A stretch of 64,000 nucleotides of DNA from an uncultured delta proteobacterium (GCA_963766715.1 CAVYBH010000008.1:288001-352000), one strand, 5' to 3'; shown: positions 1-11,589, numbered from the stretch's first letter. A program made the numbers and translations. Notes: a model not told the origin generated them from the sequence alone.

Positions 1-403
1 TCTTCGAGGCGAGCACCAGGTCGGCGGGGACGACCTCGTCCTTCAGGATCTTCTGGTCGCCGTAGAGGTCGGCGAGGAACAGCTCGAGCGCCTTCACCCG
101 CTGGATCAGGCCGCGCTCGAGCTCGGCCCAGTCGGGCGCCGAGACCATCCGCGGCACCAGGCAGAACGGGAAGATCTTCTCGGTCCCGCGCTGGTCCGAG
201 TAGACCGAGAAGGTCACGCCCTGGTTGAGGAGCGCGCGCTCGGCGAGCCCCTGGCACAGGGCGAAGCCGGCCCGGGTGTGGGCGTCGAGCGCATCCATGG
301 CGCGGCGGAAGGCCGGACGCGGGGCGCCGCTCGGCGTGAAGAGCTCGTCCCAGGTGCCGGGGAGGCCTGGGTAGTCGGCGAGGAGCGAGTCGGCGGCGTC
401 CAT
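1..403 (-). CDS. Circularly permuted type 2 ATP-grasp protein, N-terminal part (runs off window start)
   Basis: Manual translation from ATG at 403: MDAADSLLADYPGLPGTWDELF...LLNQGVTFSVYSDQRGTEKIFPFCLVPRMVSAPDWAELERGLIQRVKALELFLADLYGDQKIL; GVTF...ERGLIQRV.AL..FL.D.Y is typical of this family; adjacent to transglutaminase genes. Confidence 0.85.
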   Translation of the reverse strand, partial: MDAADSLLADYPGLPGTWDELFTPSGAPRPAFRRAMDALDAHTRAGFALCQGLAERALLNQGVTFSVYSDQRGTEKIFPFCLVPRMVSAPDWAELERGLIQRVKALELFLADLYGDQKILKDEVVPADLVLASK

Positions 404-422
404 GGGGTGGCTCCGGCGTCGT

Positions 423-2108
423 TCAGGTGGGCAGCGCCGCCGGAAGGCGGCGGAGATCGAGGGTGAGGCGCGCCGACGGCGCGCGAAGCGGGTTGCGGAA
501 CCGGACCGGGCGGATCACCACCCGCTCGCGCCGCCGTCCTTCGGCCTCGGCCGGGTCGGCCGGGAGCGTCTCGTAGGCGCCTCCCCCCGGCTTCCAGCCG
601 TGCAGCTCGACACGGACCGCCTCCCCGCGCCGCTCCCACTCGACGACGAGCGGGTCGTGCGGGCCCAGCCCCGGATGCAGGCCCGGACTGGGCGCGAAGG
701 CGCGGTAGCGGACGGCGCCCACGTGGAGCGGCCCGCCGGCGGCCTCGAGCGTCAGCTCCACGCCCTGGGCGGCGACCCGCCCCGGGACGGTGCCGGGCGA
801 GTTCACGAGGACCTCGATCCGCTCCGAGCTCGAGTCGACGATCCGGGCGGTGGACTCCTCCTGGGAGGCCACGTCGCCGACGAGCGGCCAGAAGTCCACG
901 GCCCGGCGGAGCACGAGCGTCGCGCCGGCGAGCTCCACGCGGGCGATCTCCGGCGGCCCGGAGACGAGCGCGCCCTCCAGGTGGCGCCCCAGCCCGAGCC
1001 CGTGGCTCGCCAGGTCGTCGAGCACGCTCCTCAGATCCTGCCCGAGCCAGTGCGGCAGGGAGGCGCGATCGTGCAGCTCCGGGCCCCAGTCGAGGAGCGG
1101 CTCCTCGGTCGGGTCGCGCACGAGGCGGGCCGCGATGGCCCGGAAGAGCGCGCCCAGCGCCAGCAGCCGCTCCGGCGAGGCCGGCATGCCCAGCGACCGC
1201 AGCTCGACGACGCCCATCTTGCCCCGCCCCGGGATGTGGGGGTTCCAGAGCTTCTCGACGTTCACCTCGGCCCGGTGCGAGTTGCCCGAGGCGTCGACGA
1301 GGAGCGGCGCGAGCGAGGCCCAGAGCTCCTCCGCGCCCACCGAGCCGCGCTGCGCCAGCCGATCGAGCGCCACGCCCAGCTCGTCGAAGCGCTCGCGCAC
1401 CCCCTCGTCCGGCCGCGGCCCCTGGCCCGCGCTGCCCACGCACTCCGGGGCGAAGGCGTAGGAGAGCGACGGGTGGTGGTTCAGGTAGCGCACGAGCGAC
1501 GGGAGGAGGCGGGGGTGCAGGAAGAACGGGCTCTGCTCCGGCGTCGGTCCGCCCAGGGTGAGCTGGCCGCCGCCACCCGAGTCGCCGGCGTGGCCGTTCC
1601 AGCGGAAGCGCTCCGGCGAGAGGCCGGCCTCGGCCGCGGCGGCGTAGACGGCCTCGACGTGGGCGGCGAAGGTGGCGAGGTCCGGGGCCGGCGCCAGGTT
1701 CACCTCGACCACCGCCGGATCGGGGCACACCGTGAGCCAGCGCTCCTCGCCGGAGGCCTCGGGGCGCGGCCGGGGCGGTCCTTCCAGGCCCGATTCGTCG
1801 ACCTCGCCCGCCTTCCCGGCGTTCCCCGGGAGGTAGAGCGCGCCCAGGCAGAACCGGGCCTCCTCCTCTCCCGGGTAGCGGCGCCCCTCCGTCCGCAGCA
1901 GGCGCGCGCTCGCGCCCAGGCGGCGGGCCAGCGCCCGGAGCAGGGCCGTCGCCCGCTCCTCCTTGTCGCCTCCCTCCGCCTTCCACAGCCAGTGCGGGTC
2001 CTGCGAGGCGCGGTCGGTGAAGGTGGGCTCCGCCCCCAGCCAGATCCCGAGCCCCGCGGCGCGGAGCGCCTCGTCCTGGGCCCGGCATTCGGCGAGGAGC
2101 TCCTTCAC
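423..2108 (-). CDS. DUF2126-domain protein (putative amidoligase-like), lacking the N-terminal transglutaminase domain
   Basis: 561 aa ORF with GAEPTF, PDPAVVEVN, SGGGGQLTLGG, NHHPSLSYAF, GNSHRAEVNVEKLW and GVVELRS, each paralogous to the neighbouring large gene. Confidence 0.8.
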   Translation of the reverse strand: MKELLAECRAQDEALRAAGLGIWLGAEPTFTDRASQDPHWLWKAEGGDKEERATALLRALARRLGASARLLRTEGRRYPGEEEARFCLGALYLPGNAGKAGEVDESGLEGPPRPRPEASGEERWLTVCPDPAVVEVNLAPAPDLATFAAHVEAVYAAAAEAGLSPERFRWNGHAGDSGGGGQLTLGGPTPEQSPFFLHPRLLPSLVRYLNHHPSLSYAFAPECVGSAGQGPRPDEGVRERFDELGVALDRLAQRGSVGAEELWASLAPLLVDASGNSHRAEVNVEKLWNPHIPGRGKMGVVELRSLGMPASPERLLALGALFRAIAARLVRDPTEEPLLDWGPELHDRASLPHWLGQDLRSVLDDLASHGLGLGRHLEGALVSGPPEIARVELAGATLVLRRAVDFWPLVGDVASQEESTARIVDSSSERIEVLVNSPGTVPGRVAAQGVELTLEAAGGPLHVGAVRYRAFAPSPGLHPGLGPHDPLVVEWERRGEAVRVELHGWKPGGGAYETLPADPAEAEGRRRERVVIRPVRFRNPLRAPSARLTLDLRRLPAALPT

Positions 2109-2109
2109 G

Positions 2110-5100
2110 TCAGTCGTCCTCGTCCTCGTCGGGCTCCGGCATGGGGCGGTCGCCGGCGTACCGCCGGAGGTCGAGGGTGTGCGGGTACTCGGGGTGCGGC
2201 GTCGTGGCCCGGGGGCGCGTGGGCCAGGGAAGCGGTCCCTCGGCGGTGAAGCGGGCGGCCCGGCGCGCGGCCGCCTCGAAGCGGGTGAGCGGGGCGGCCT
2301 CGTAGCCGCGCCCCTCCGGGTGCCACACGTGGTAGGCGCAGGCGCCCACCGACCGGCCGGCCCAGCGGTCGTACAGGTCGAAGCGGAGCGGGTGGTGGAT
2401 GCCCAGGTGAGGCTGCAGGGAGGACGGCGGCGCCCAGGCCCGGAAGCGGACGCCGCCCACGTGCTCGCCGGCGGTGCCGGTCGAGCGGAGCGGCACGGAC
2501 AGCCCGTTCACGAGCACGTCCCAGCGCTCGGTCTCGAGCCCCTCGGCGCGGACCTCGACCCGCTCGAGCGAGCTGTCGACGAAGCGGGAGGTGCCCCCGG
2601 CGCCCGGCTCCTCGCCCAGCACCGGCCAGGGCTCGAGCGCGTTTCGCACCTCGACCGAGACCCCGCCGGACTGCAGCCGCCCCACCACCGGGCAGCGGAA
2701 CTCGACGAAGGGGCGGTAGGCCTCGCTCGGGAGCCCGACCCCGCGCGACTCGAGGAACGCGAGCACGTCCTCCATGTCCCGCCACAGCCAGAAGGGAAGG
2801 AGGAACCGGTCGTGCAGCTCGGTGCCCCAGCGCACCAGGCCGTGCAGGTACGGCTCCTTCGCGAAGGCGGCCACGAGCGCCCGGGCCAGGATGGCCTGGG
2901 CCGCCGCCATGCGCGGGTGCGGCGGCATCTCGAAGGCGCGCAGCTCGACCAGCCCCTGGCGCCCGTGCGGGCTCCGCCAGTCGAAGAGCTTGTCGATGGA
3001 GATCTCGGCGCGGTGGCCGTTGCCGGTCACGTCGACGAGCAGGTTCCGCAGCAGCCAGTCGCCCTGCCAGGGCGGCGCCGGCTCGGTGCGATCGGCGAGC
3101 CGCCCGAGCGCGATCTCCAGCTCGTAGAGGGCGTCGTGCCGGGCCTCGTCGACCCGGGGGGCCTGCGAGGTCGGGCCCACGAAGAGCCCGGTGAAGAGGT
3201 AGGAGAGCGACGGGTGGTGCTGGACGAAGGTGACCAGGCTCGCGAGCAGGTCCGGGCGGACGACGAAGGGGCTCTGGAGCGGCCTCGGTCCACCCAGGGT
3301 GATGTGGTTGCCGCCGCCCAATCCCTCCTGCCGCCCGTCGAGCATGTACTTCTCGGCGTGCAGGCCGACGTGGAGCGCGGCGTCGAAGACCTGCTCGATC
3401 TGCTCGGCGCAGGCCCGCCCGCCGCTGGTCGGCTGGACGTTCACCTCGAGGACGCCCGGGTCGGGCGTCACCGAGAAGCGGATCACCTCGGGGCTCCAGG
3501 GCGGGCGGGTAGCCCTCCAGCCGGACCTCGAGGCCGGTCTCCCGCGCGGCGGCGTCGACCGCGCGGACCAGCTCGACGAAGTCGGGCGCCGCCGGCAGCG
3601 GCGGCAGGAACACGAACAGGTCGCCCCCGCGGGGCTCCACGCAGAGCGCCGTGCGGACCGCCGGCAGGTCGACGGGCGCCTTGCGGACCTCGGCCGCGCG
3701 CTGGGCGCCGGCCGCGTCGCGCCGGGCCCGCTCCTCGCGGCGGTGGGCCTCGACGAGCTCCTCGGTCCGCGGATCGATGACGTACGGCGGCTCGCCCTGG
3801 GCGGGCGGGGGCAGCGGCCCGCCCAGCGACTTGAGCGGCAGCCGCAGGCCGGCGGGCGCGTCGCCCGGGATGAGGAAGAGGGCCTCCCGCCGGAACTTCC
3901 AGGGCGCGGTCCTCCAGGCGCCGTCGACCCGCGCCAGCGGGAGCGCGAAGGCCACCGGCGAGGCCAGCCCGCGGTCGAGGACCCGGGCCAGGCGGCGGCG
4001 CTCCTCGCCGTCGGCGAGGTTCGCCTCCAGCGGATTCACTCCCGGGGGAAGATCGGCCTCGTCCCGGACGAAGTGCCACGGGTCCTCGAGGGCCGGCATG
4101 GGCCCGGCCTCCGGGAGTCCCAGCCGCGCGGCGATGGCGCGGGCCAGCAGCTCGGCCGCGGCCAGGCTGGACTCGCGCCGCGGCCCCCCGCCCGACCAGA
4201 GACGCGTCCCGTCCCGGAGCCCGACCACGTCGAGCGCCCAGCGCGGCAGGCTCTCGCCGGGGTACCACTTCCCCTCGCGCCGGAGGATCGCCCCGCCCGG
4301 CGCCAGCCGGTCCCGCAGCTCGCCCGCCAGCGCGACGCCCTGCTCCCACTTGGTGGGGCCCACGGCCTCGGAGCGCCACTCGGGCGCCTCGGGGTAGAGG
4401 CGCGAGTTGAAGGTGGGCTCGCCGCCCACGGTGAGCTGCAGCCCCTCGCCGGAGAGGGCCTCGTCGGCCCGGTCGGAGCCCTCGAGCAGGGCCTGCCAGG
4501 TCTCCTCGGAGTACGGGGTGGTCGGGCGGGACTCGTGCCCCAGCCTCCCCACCCGCATGTCGAACCCGAACGACTCGGCGCCGACGTCGGAGGTGCCGGT
4601 GATGGGAGCGGCGAGCGCCGGGCGGGCCACGCAGGCCAGCGGGATGTGCCCCTCGCCGCAGAGCAGCCCGCTCGTCGCGTCGAGGCCGATCCAGCCGGCG
4701 CCGGGGAGGAAGACCTCGGCCCAGGCGTGGAGGTCGACCACGTCGCGCCCCACGCCGCGGGGCTCGTTCGGGATCATCCCCTCGTCGGTGAGCTGGATCA
4801 GGTAGCCGGAGACGAACCGCGCGGCGAGGCCGCGGGATCGGAGCGCGGCCACGAGCAGCATGGCCGAGTCGCGGCAGCTGCCTCGCCCGTTCTGGAGGGT
4901 CTCCTCCGGCGTCCAGATGCCCGCCTCCTCGCGGATGACGTAGCGGGTGCACGCGCTGACGAGCCGGTTCAGCTCCACGATCAGGTCGACGGTCTTCCCG
5001 GAGGCCGGGAGGGTCTCGAGGAACGCCTCGAGGAGCGGACCGCCGCCGAGCGACGGATCGCCGAGCTGGAGGTACGGCTCGAGCTCGGGGCGCAGCTCGT

Positions 5101-5419
5101 CCGGGTAGGCGAACGGCGTCTTCTGGCACCGGTCGTCGATGAAGAAGTCGAAGGGGTTCACCGGCCGGATGTCGATGGCCATCTCGACCCGCACGGCCAG
5201 CTCGGGCAGGAGCGAGCCCTTCGGGAAGGTGACGTGGGCGACGTGGTTGCCCGACGGGTCCTGCTGCCAGCGGAGCTGGGCCGGCTCGGAGACCCGGAGC
5301 GAGTAGGTCTCGATCCGGGCGCGGGCGTGGTTCGCCGGGCGCAGCCGGATCTGGTGCGGGCCCAGGGCGGCGAGCCGGGGGAATCGATAGACGGTGTCGT
5401 GCTGCAGGAGCAGGCGCAT
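2110..5419 (-). CDS. Transglutaminase family protein with DUF2126 domain (one frameshift near 3495)
   Basis: Starts MRLLLQHDTVYRF..LGPHQIRLRP; GSCRDSA and DLHAWAEVFLPGAGWIGLDATSG transglutaminase core; continues in ORF 2110..3486 (PDPGVLEVN, GNGHRAEISIDKL, GLVELRAFEMPPH). Confidence 0.9.
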
Positions 5420-5567
5420 GCGGGGAATGTACGGCCACTGCAAGACGCCTGCCTCCTTTGCGACGCCACATACCCAGATCGGCGCGAAGATCGCGCAACG
5501 CCTGCCGGGAGAGCGGGCAAACACCTGCCTGGATCCGAGGCAGTCGAGCCTCCGTCCGAGGCAGGCT

Positions 5568-6374
5568 TCAGGCGGCGGCGGGCGCGGCCCGGGGGACCCG
5601 GCGCGCCGCGGGGGCCCAGGCCTTCGGCTCGACCCGGTTCGTCGCCAGCCACCCCTCCCAGGCGATCTCGCCCGACGTGTGGGCGAACATGCGCGCCCGA
5701 CCGAGGAGCGTGGTGCTCCCCGCGTTCAGGATGCGCATTCCCGCTCCGTGCGGCAGGGCGACCTGGAACTCGGCGGGCACGTGCCGGTGGCCGTGGAGGA
5801 CGAGCCGGCAACGGCCGGCGATCCGGCCGAGCAGGTCCTGGCCCAGCGGGAGCTCGTCGGCGCACGGGAGCCCGATGAGCGTCGCCAGCTTCTCCGCCAG
5901 GTCCTCGACCGGGAGCGGCAGCACGTGGTGGTGGAGCATGACGAGCGGGATGGCGCCGGGCGGCGCGTCGTCGAGGGCCAGCTCGACGTCGGCCACGTCC
6001 TGCGGGGAGAGCTCGCCGTGGCCGTCGACGAGCGACCGGTTGTGCGGAGCGGTCGAGTCCACCCGCACGACGTGGAGCCCGGGAAGGGAATCCACCGCGA
6101 CGCGCCCGCCGCGCATGATCCCGCGAGCCGCGTCGTCGCCCATCCGATCGTGGTTTCCCGGGACGGCCAGCAGCCGCCCCTGCTCGAGGAGCGGCGCGAA
6201 GATCCGCTCGAAGCGTCGCAGCTCCGAGGCCTGGCCGCGGTGGGTGACGTCACCGGTGAGGAGGACGGCGTCCACCCGGGCCTCGACCAGCATGGCGACC
6301 AGCCGCCTGGCCGACGCGTCGACCGCGTCGTCGCTACCGATGTGGAGATCCGAGATGTGCACCAGGGTTCGCAT
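5568..6374 (-). CDS. Calcineurin-like metallophosphoesterase
   Basis: MRTLVHISDLHIG, TGDVTH, VPGNHD, MLHHH and LHGHRH motifs. Confidence 0.85.
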   Translation of the reverse strand: MRTLVHISDLHIGSDDAVDASARRLVAMLVEARVDAVLLTGDVTHRGQASELRRFERIFAPLLEQGRLLAVPGNHDRMGDDAARGIMRGGRVAVDSLPGLHVVRVDSTAPHNRSLVDGHGELSPQDVADVELALDDAPPGAIPLVMLHHHVLPLPVEDLAEKLATLIGLPCADELPLGQDLLGRIAGRCRLVLHGHRHVPAEFQVALPHGAGMRILNAGSTTLLGRARMFAHTSGEIAWEGWLATNRVEPKAWAPAARRVPRAAPAAA

Positions 6375-6702
6375 CCGGCGGCCACCTTTCGCCTTGGGTA
6401 GGCGAAATGTAGCGCGGGCGCGGTGGCGCCCCCGCGACGACCCCGCGACGAGTTCGGGGACCGATAGGCCGCGCCGGAGACGCCGGCGTCCGGACGCACC
6501 GGCACGGAAAGGTGCAGCAGCACGTGACCCGGATCGGTCCCGGACGCAGATCTCGCCCGGCCTGGAGCACGCCGACCCGGGCGAGCGCTTCCTCGAAGGT
6601 CTGGGCGGCCTCGACGGGAGTCCAGGCGCGGACGGCGCTCCGCGACGTACCTGCCTCGGTGCCGTACTCGACGTCGAAGATCCGTTCCCGCTTGCCGCGC
6701 AT
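6334..6702 (-). CDS. Small hypothetical protein; 3' end uncertain, possibly frameshifted
   Basis: GGAGG RBS before ATG at 6702; MRGKRERIFDVEYGTEAGTSRSAVRAWTPVEAAQTFEEALARVG reads as protein-like, while the later part does not. Confidence 0.35.
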   Translation of the reverse strand: MRGKRERIFDVEYGTEAGTSRSAVRAWTPVEAAQTFEEALARVGVLQAGRDLRPGPIRVTCCCTFPCRCVRTPASPARPIGPRTRRGVVAGAPPRPRYISPTQGERWPPDANPGAHLGSPHR

Positions 6703-6796
6703 GCTCGCCTCCAGGCTCCCTGGGGACGATCTACGGCGCCCGCGGGCCGTCCCGCGCGGCCCATTGGGGGTCCCCCACGCGGTCAGCGTTCTAGAA

Positions 6797-7952
6797 TCAG
6801 GGTGCCGTCCGACCGCAAGCCGGGGCAACCCGCTCCAGCCGGGATCCCGGCAGGACCTTGAGTCGATTCCCTCGCCATTCCACGGTGTTCTCGAAGAAGG
6901 CCCGCAGGAACGCCAGCGTGAACAGCGCGTCCTTCAGGGGGGACAAAAGCAGGACACGTACGCCAAACCCGGAACCGCGCAAGGCCTGCGCGGAGGCCCC
7001 ATCGAGACAAGCCTTCGTTCCGATCGCCAGGGCCGCCATCGCGAGCGTCGCCGGGCATGGATCGAGGGCGACGGCCGCCGCGGCGAACGGGAGCGGATAG
7101 AGGAGGATCTGGCCTGCGTAGATCGCGGACCCGGCGATCTTGCGCTGCATGACGCACCAGCGACCGTAGCGGGCCAGGAAGTCCCGGCCCGTCCGGCGCC
7201 GGTTCACGTTCAGGACCGGGATCGATCCGATGGCGACGCGCTTGCCGAGCTTGCGCGACACGTTCACTCCGAGGACGTAGTCCTCGGCCAGCACGTCCTT
7301 CACCGACTCGAAGCCGCCCAGCGCTCTCCAGATCCCGCCGCCGGAAGGCCATCGACTTGCCGACCACCACGTCCCGGCCGGAAAGGCGCTTCGCGGCGAT
7401 GGTGGCGGGCCCCACGCTGGCGGCCGACTGCAGGTTGTCGAGCGCGGCTCCGAGCGACGCCTCGCCGGTCCCCGCCACCGGGTGGGTCACGAGTCCCACG
7501 CCGGGATCGGCGAGATGGGTGGCCACGTCGCGGAGGTAGCCAGCCGGGGCGCGCACGTTCGAATCGCTCACCAGCAGGACGTCGTGGCGGGCCGCCGCGG
7601 CCAGACCGATGAGCTGGTTCACCTTGGGGTTCATGCCCGGCTCTCCGCGCTGCAGCACCGCGCGGAAGCGACCCGGCCAGCGAGCGGCGGCCGCCTCGGC
7701 GACGCGCCAGGCCGGGTCCTCGCGATCGCGCGCGCCCAGGACCACCTCGAACCGGGGGTAATCGAGCGCGGCGAAGGATTCGAGGTTGCCCCACAGGTCG
7801 TCGTCGATCCCGCAGAGCGGCTTCAGCACCGAGACGGGCGGCAGCACGTCCGGCGACGTCCTGGGTGCGGCCAGGTGGCGACGGAGGGCGACGTGCTGGA
7901 CCCACGCGAGCACCACGCCCAGCCAGGCCAGCGCCACGAGCATCCAGCTCAT
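6797..7952 (-). CDS. Ceramide glucosyltransferase / HpnI-like GT2 glycosyltransferase (frameshift near 7320)
   Basis: N-terminal TM segment, PPVSVLKPLCG, NPKVNQL, VSDSNV, VVGKSMAFRR, then LAEDYVLG and RYGRW in ORF 6797..7303. Confidence 0.85.
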
Positions 7953-7968
7953 CGGTGCGTCCTCCGTG

Positions 7969-8235
7969 TCATGCGGGTACCTCTCGCCCGGGGCCGATTC
8001 CCTGGAGCACCCGGGCTCCGTCGGCGAGCGCCCGCTCGAACGCGGTCCGCGAGCGGACGGGCGTCCCGTTCGTGGCGTCATGGCGCGCCAGCTCCTCGAT
8101 GGTGCGCTCCACCGACAGCATGCGGCGGAGCCTCGAGGCGAGCCCGGCAGGCGCCGCGGGCAGGCTGCCGCTCCGGAAGTGGGACGCCTCGCCGTAGGCC
8201 ACGAGGTAGATCGCGTACAGGTCGTGAGTCGTCAT
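7969..8235 (-). CDS. Small hypothetical protein (88 aa)
   Basis: GGAGG RBS upstream of ATG 8235 (MTTHDLYAIYLVAYGEASHF...); lies directly upstream of the glycosyltransferase. Confidence 0.55.
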   Translation of the reverse strand: MTTHDLYAIYLVAYGEASHFRSGSLPAAPAGLASRLRRMLSVERTIEELARHDATNGTPVRSRTAFERALADGARVLQGIGPGREVPA

Positions 8236-8398
8236 CGTTCGTGCCTCCATCCAGGAGGCTCCCTCCACCCGTTCCCATCCGTCGCCCGCGGAGCCGTCTA
8301 CGGAGGGAAGACTGCGCGCCCTTCTTGGAGTTCACGCGGTCCGTCAGGTGACGACTTCGGACCCCGGAGCGCCCCCGGCGGGGCGTCCCCCCCGGATC

Positions 8399-8414
8399 GT
8401 CACGATCCCGTCAC
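8399..8414 (+). promoter_or_regulatory. Pho-box-like direct repeat upstream of ppk1
   Basis: GTCAC at 8399 and 8410, 11 bp apart; same unit as upstream of pstS and phoB. Confidence 0.5.
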
Positions 8415-8437
8415 CCGGGGTGTGGTTCAGTGGCTTC

Positions 8438-10337
8438 GTGCGCATCAACCAGGAACTGTCGTGGCTGCACTTCAATCGCCGGGTGCTCGAGCAGACCCGG
8501 CGCGAGGACTTCCCCATCATGGAGCGGGTGCGGTTCCTCTCCATCTGGTCGTCCAACCTCGACGAGTTCTTCGCCGCCCGCATCTCCCGCCCCTTCCTCG
8601 AGCAGCGAGGCACGGCGGCCTACCTGGCGGCTGCTCCGGGAGGCCCGCAAGCAGGTCGAGGCCGCCGCCGAGACCTACCGCGGGCTGCTCGACTCGCTCG
8701 AGGAGCACGCCATCCGTGTGGTCCCGGTCTCCTCCCTGTCCCGCGAGGAGCTCGACTACTTCGGGGCCTTCCTGGCCGAGCAGGTGGCGCCGCGGACCGA
8801 CGTCCTCCGCGCCGACGCGGTCCGCGAGGTGCGCACCGAGGCGCTCTACTTCGCCACCGGCGTGGGCGTGCTCGAGCACCTGGTGCGGCTCCCGGCCAGC
8901 CTGCCCCGCCTCATCGAGATCCCGGGGCGCGAGGGCACCTTCGTCCGGCTGGGCGAGCTCCTGCGCGTCCGCAGCGACCTCTTCCTGGAGGGGCGCGATC
9001 TCGAGCTGCACGAGCTCCGGGTGATCCGGCTCGCCGCCATCGACCAGCTCGGGCTCGACTGGGAGGATCTCCCGGCGGCGCTCGAGACCCGGCTCGACGG
9101 GCGCCCCAGCCACCTCGAGGTGGAGAAGAACTTCCCTCCCCACTGGGCCGAGTCGATCCGCATCGCGCTGGGGCTGGAGGCGGAGGAGGTCTTCCGCGTC
9201 GACCCGCCCATCGACCTTCGGATGGTGGAGGCGCTCGTGGACCACGCCCCCGCCGCCCTCAAGTTCCAGCGGCTGCGGCCCTGGCTGGTGCCGGGCTTCG
9301 CCGCCGATCCCTTCGCGCGCGTCGCGCGGAAGGACGTGGTGCTCTACCACCCGTACCAGGGGTACGACGCGGTGGAGGATTTCGCCCGGGCGGCAGCCCG
9401 GGACCCCAAGGTCACGGCTCTCCGCGCCACGCTCTACCGGGTCGGCGACGACAACGTGCTCGCCGAGTCCCTCATCGAGGCCGCGCGCGCCGGGAAGGAC
9501 GTGGCGGTCCTGCTCGAGGCCCGGGCCCGCTTCGACGAGCTCCAGAACCTGGAATGGGGGCTGCGCTTCCAGAACTCGGGCGTGCGGGTGCTGCCGCTGC
9601 CCTCCCGCAAGGTGCACGCCAAGGCCATCTGGGTGAAGCGGGGCCCGCGCGAGTTCATCCACCTGGGCACCGGGAACTACAACACGCGCAACGCCCGGCT
9701 CTACACCGACTTCTCGCTCTTCACCGCCGACCGGACGCTGACACGGGACGTGAAGCGCTTCTTCGACGCGCTGGAGCGGGAGCAGATCCCGCGCATGACC
9801 GGCCTTCGCACCGGCGGTTCCATTCGCAAGCTGCTCGTCGAGCGCATCGACGCCGAGGCCCACGCCGGCGGGCACGTGATCCTCAAGTTCAACCACATCA
9901 CCGACGCGAAGGTGCTGGCCGCCCTCGCGGGCGCGGCCGCGGCGGGGGCTCGCGTGGACCTCATCGCCCGGACCACCCTCACCGAGGTGGCGCCCGGGGT
10001 CCACGCACGCAGCGTGGTGGGGCGCTTCCTCGAGCACGCCCGGGTGGCGGCGTTCCGCAACCGCGGCCGCTGGATCGTCCACGCCGGGAGCCTCGACGCC
10101 ATGCCGCGCAACTTCGACGGCCGCTACGAGCTCTTCTTCCCGGTCACCGACCCGGCCGCGCGCCGCATGGTGCTCTCCGAGCTCCGCAGCCAGCTCGCCG
10201 ACGACGTGAACGCCTTCGAGCTCCTCGAGGACGGGAACGAGGAGCCCCTGTGGGGAGGCAGCCACAGCTGCCAGGTCCCCGACGACCACCGGCGGCATCG
10301 CGCTGCGGGTCGTCATCCGCCCGCCGTCGAGAGCTGA
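8438..10337 (+). CDS. ppk1: Polyphosphate kinase 1 (frameshift near 8630)
   Basis: INQELSWLHFNRRVL, SSNLDEFF, YHPY, TLYR, ARFDELQN, KVHAK, HLGTGNYN, LYTD, SVVGRFLEHARV and RNFDGRYE motifs. Confidence 0.92.
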
Positions 10338-10346
10338 CGGGGGCTG

Positions 10347-10784
10347 CTACTTCGCGCCCGCCGCCTGGGCCGCCCGTCTTCCGGCTCGAAAGACCTGGAG
10401 GCCGGAGAGCGCGAAGGGCAGGAACGCGGCGAGGAGCGCCATGCGCCAGTACCTGGCGAGGGAGCCCGCTCCCTCGCCCACCATCGCCCCCACGAGGAGG
10501 AGCAACGGCACCTGCACCAGCGCGGCCAACGCGTCCACCACGAAGAACTCGCGCACCGTCATGCCCGACGCCCCGCACGCGAGGTAGACCGGACCGCGGA
10601 TGAGCGGGACGAAGCGGGTCACCGCCACCACCACGCGCCCTCGACGTCGGACCGACTCGCGCGCCCTCCGCACCCCGTCCGAATCGATGAGGCGGCGCGC
10701 CGGATGGGAGGCAGGAGTCTTCGTGACTTCGTGATGCTCCCCCGAGGGGGCTCCACGCCATGGGCTCCTCCCGAGTTCGCCCAT
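10347..10784 (-). pseudogene. DedA/VTT-family membrane protein, apparently N-terminally truncated
   Basis: VVVAVTRFVPLIRGPVYLACGASGMTVREFFVVDALAAL is the DedA C-terminal signature; no recognisable N-terminal half upstream. Confidence 0.6.
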
Positions 10785-11112
10785 TCGTCACGGAGTCACC
10801 CGCCACGCTGGCTTATCCCCTTGCCGGCGCTCGAGAACTCCCGGCGGGGAGGGGCGCGCCGCCCTCGCTTCGCCCTCCGGCGTCGCGGGGGCGACATTTT
10901 TTCCACCCAGGCGCTCCGGCGGCGGGGCGTCCGGCCCGCCCGGCCGCTCGTGCCCCGGTTGTTCGCCGAACAGTCACCGAACGAATCGCCGGGTGCATTA
11001 CATCTACCGGTGCGCGGCGGCCCCACCCCGGTGTCCGCCCGCGACCGGCCCCTGCTTCGTCTCTCCCTAGGAGCGAGGTGGGGGCCTTTCCGTACAGCCG
11101 GACGCGCCCTGC

Positions 11113-11589
11113 CTAGGCCGGCATGCCGCCGGTCCCCTCGGTGTCGCGGCGCGGCGGCTCGGGGCGCCGGACGAGCAGCACCGGACAGGGGGCCTCCCGG
11201 ACGACCGCCTCGGCGACGGATCCCAGGACGAGCCTGCGAAAGCCGGTCCTGCCGTGGGTCGACATCACGATGACGTCGGAGGCGTCGTCCCGGGCGAATC
11301 CGACGATGGCGGCGGCGGCGGGCGGCGAGAGCAGGACGGAGCTGATCGCGCTGCCCGCCAGACGCTCGGCCTCCGCGGTCCAGGCAGCGAGCTGGGCCGC
11401 GGCATCCTTCTCCGGCGCGAGGGGCGGCGGCGAGAAGGGACCCCCGGACCCTGGCCAGGCCGGCTCCGTCACGTGGAGCAGCGTCAGTCCGCCCCCTCCC
11501 TCCCGGACCAGCCGGGCGGCCAGCTCCAGCGCGACCCGCGACCCGTCGGAGAAATCGATCGGACAGCAGATGCGGCGGAATCCGGTCAT
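11113..11589 (-). CDS. Universal stress protein (UspA family)
   Basis: [11 protein letters not shown]...[37 protein letters not shown]. Confidence 0.92.
   Translation of the reverse strand: MTGFRRICCPIDFSDGSRVALELAARLVREGGGGLTLLHVTEPAWPGSGGPFSPPPLAPEKDAAAQLAAWTAEAERLAGSAISSVLLSPPAAAAIVGFARDDASDVIVMSTHGRTGFRRLVLGSVAEAVVREAPCPVLLVRRPEPPRRDTEGTGGMPA

Noticed and set aside
10787..10799. GTCAC repeat near the DedA remnant as a Pho box
   Set aside because: Spacing is 8 bp rather than 11, and the orientation is opposite to the DedA gene.
10800..11110. Intergenic stretch as a possible ncRNA or riboswitch
   Set aside because: Only generic GC-rich hairpins; no recognisable conserved RNA motif.
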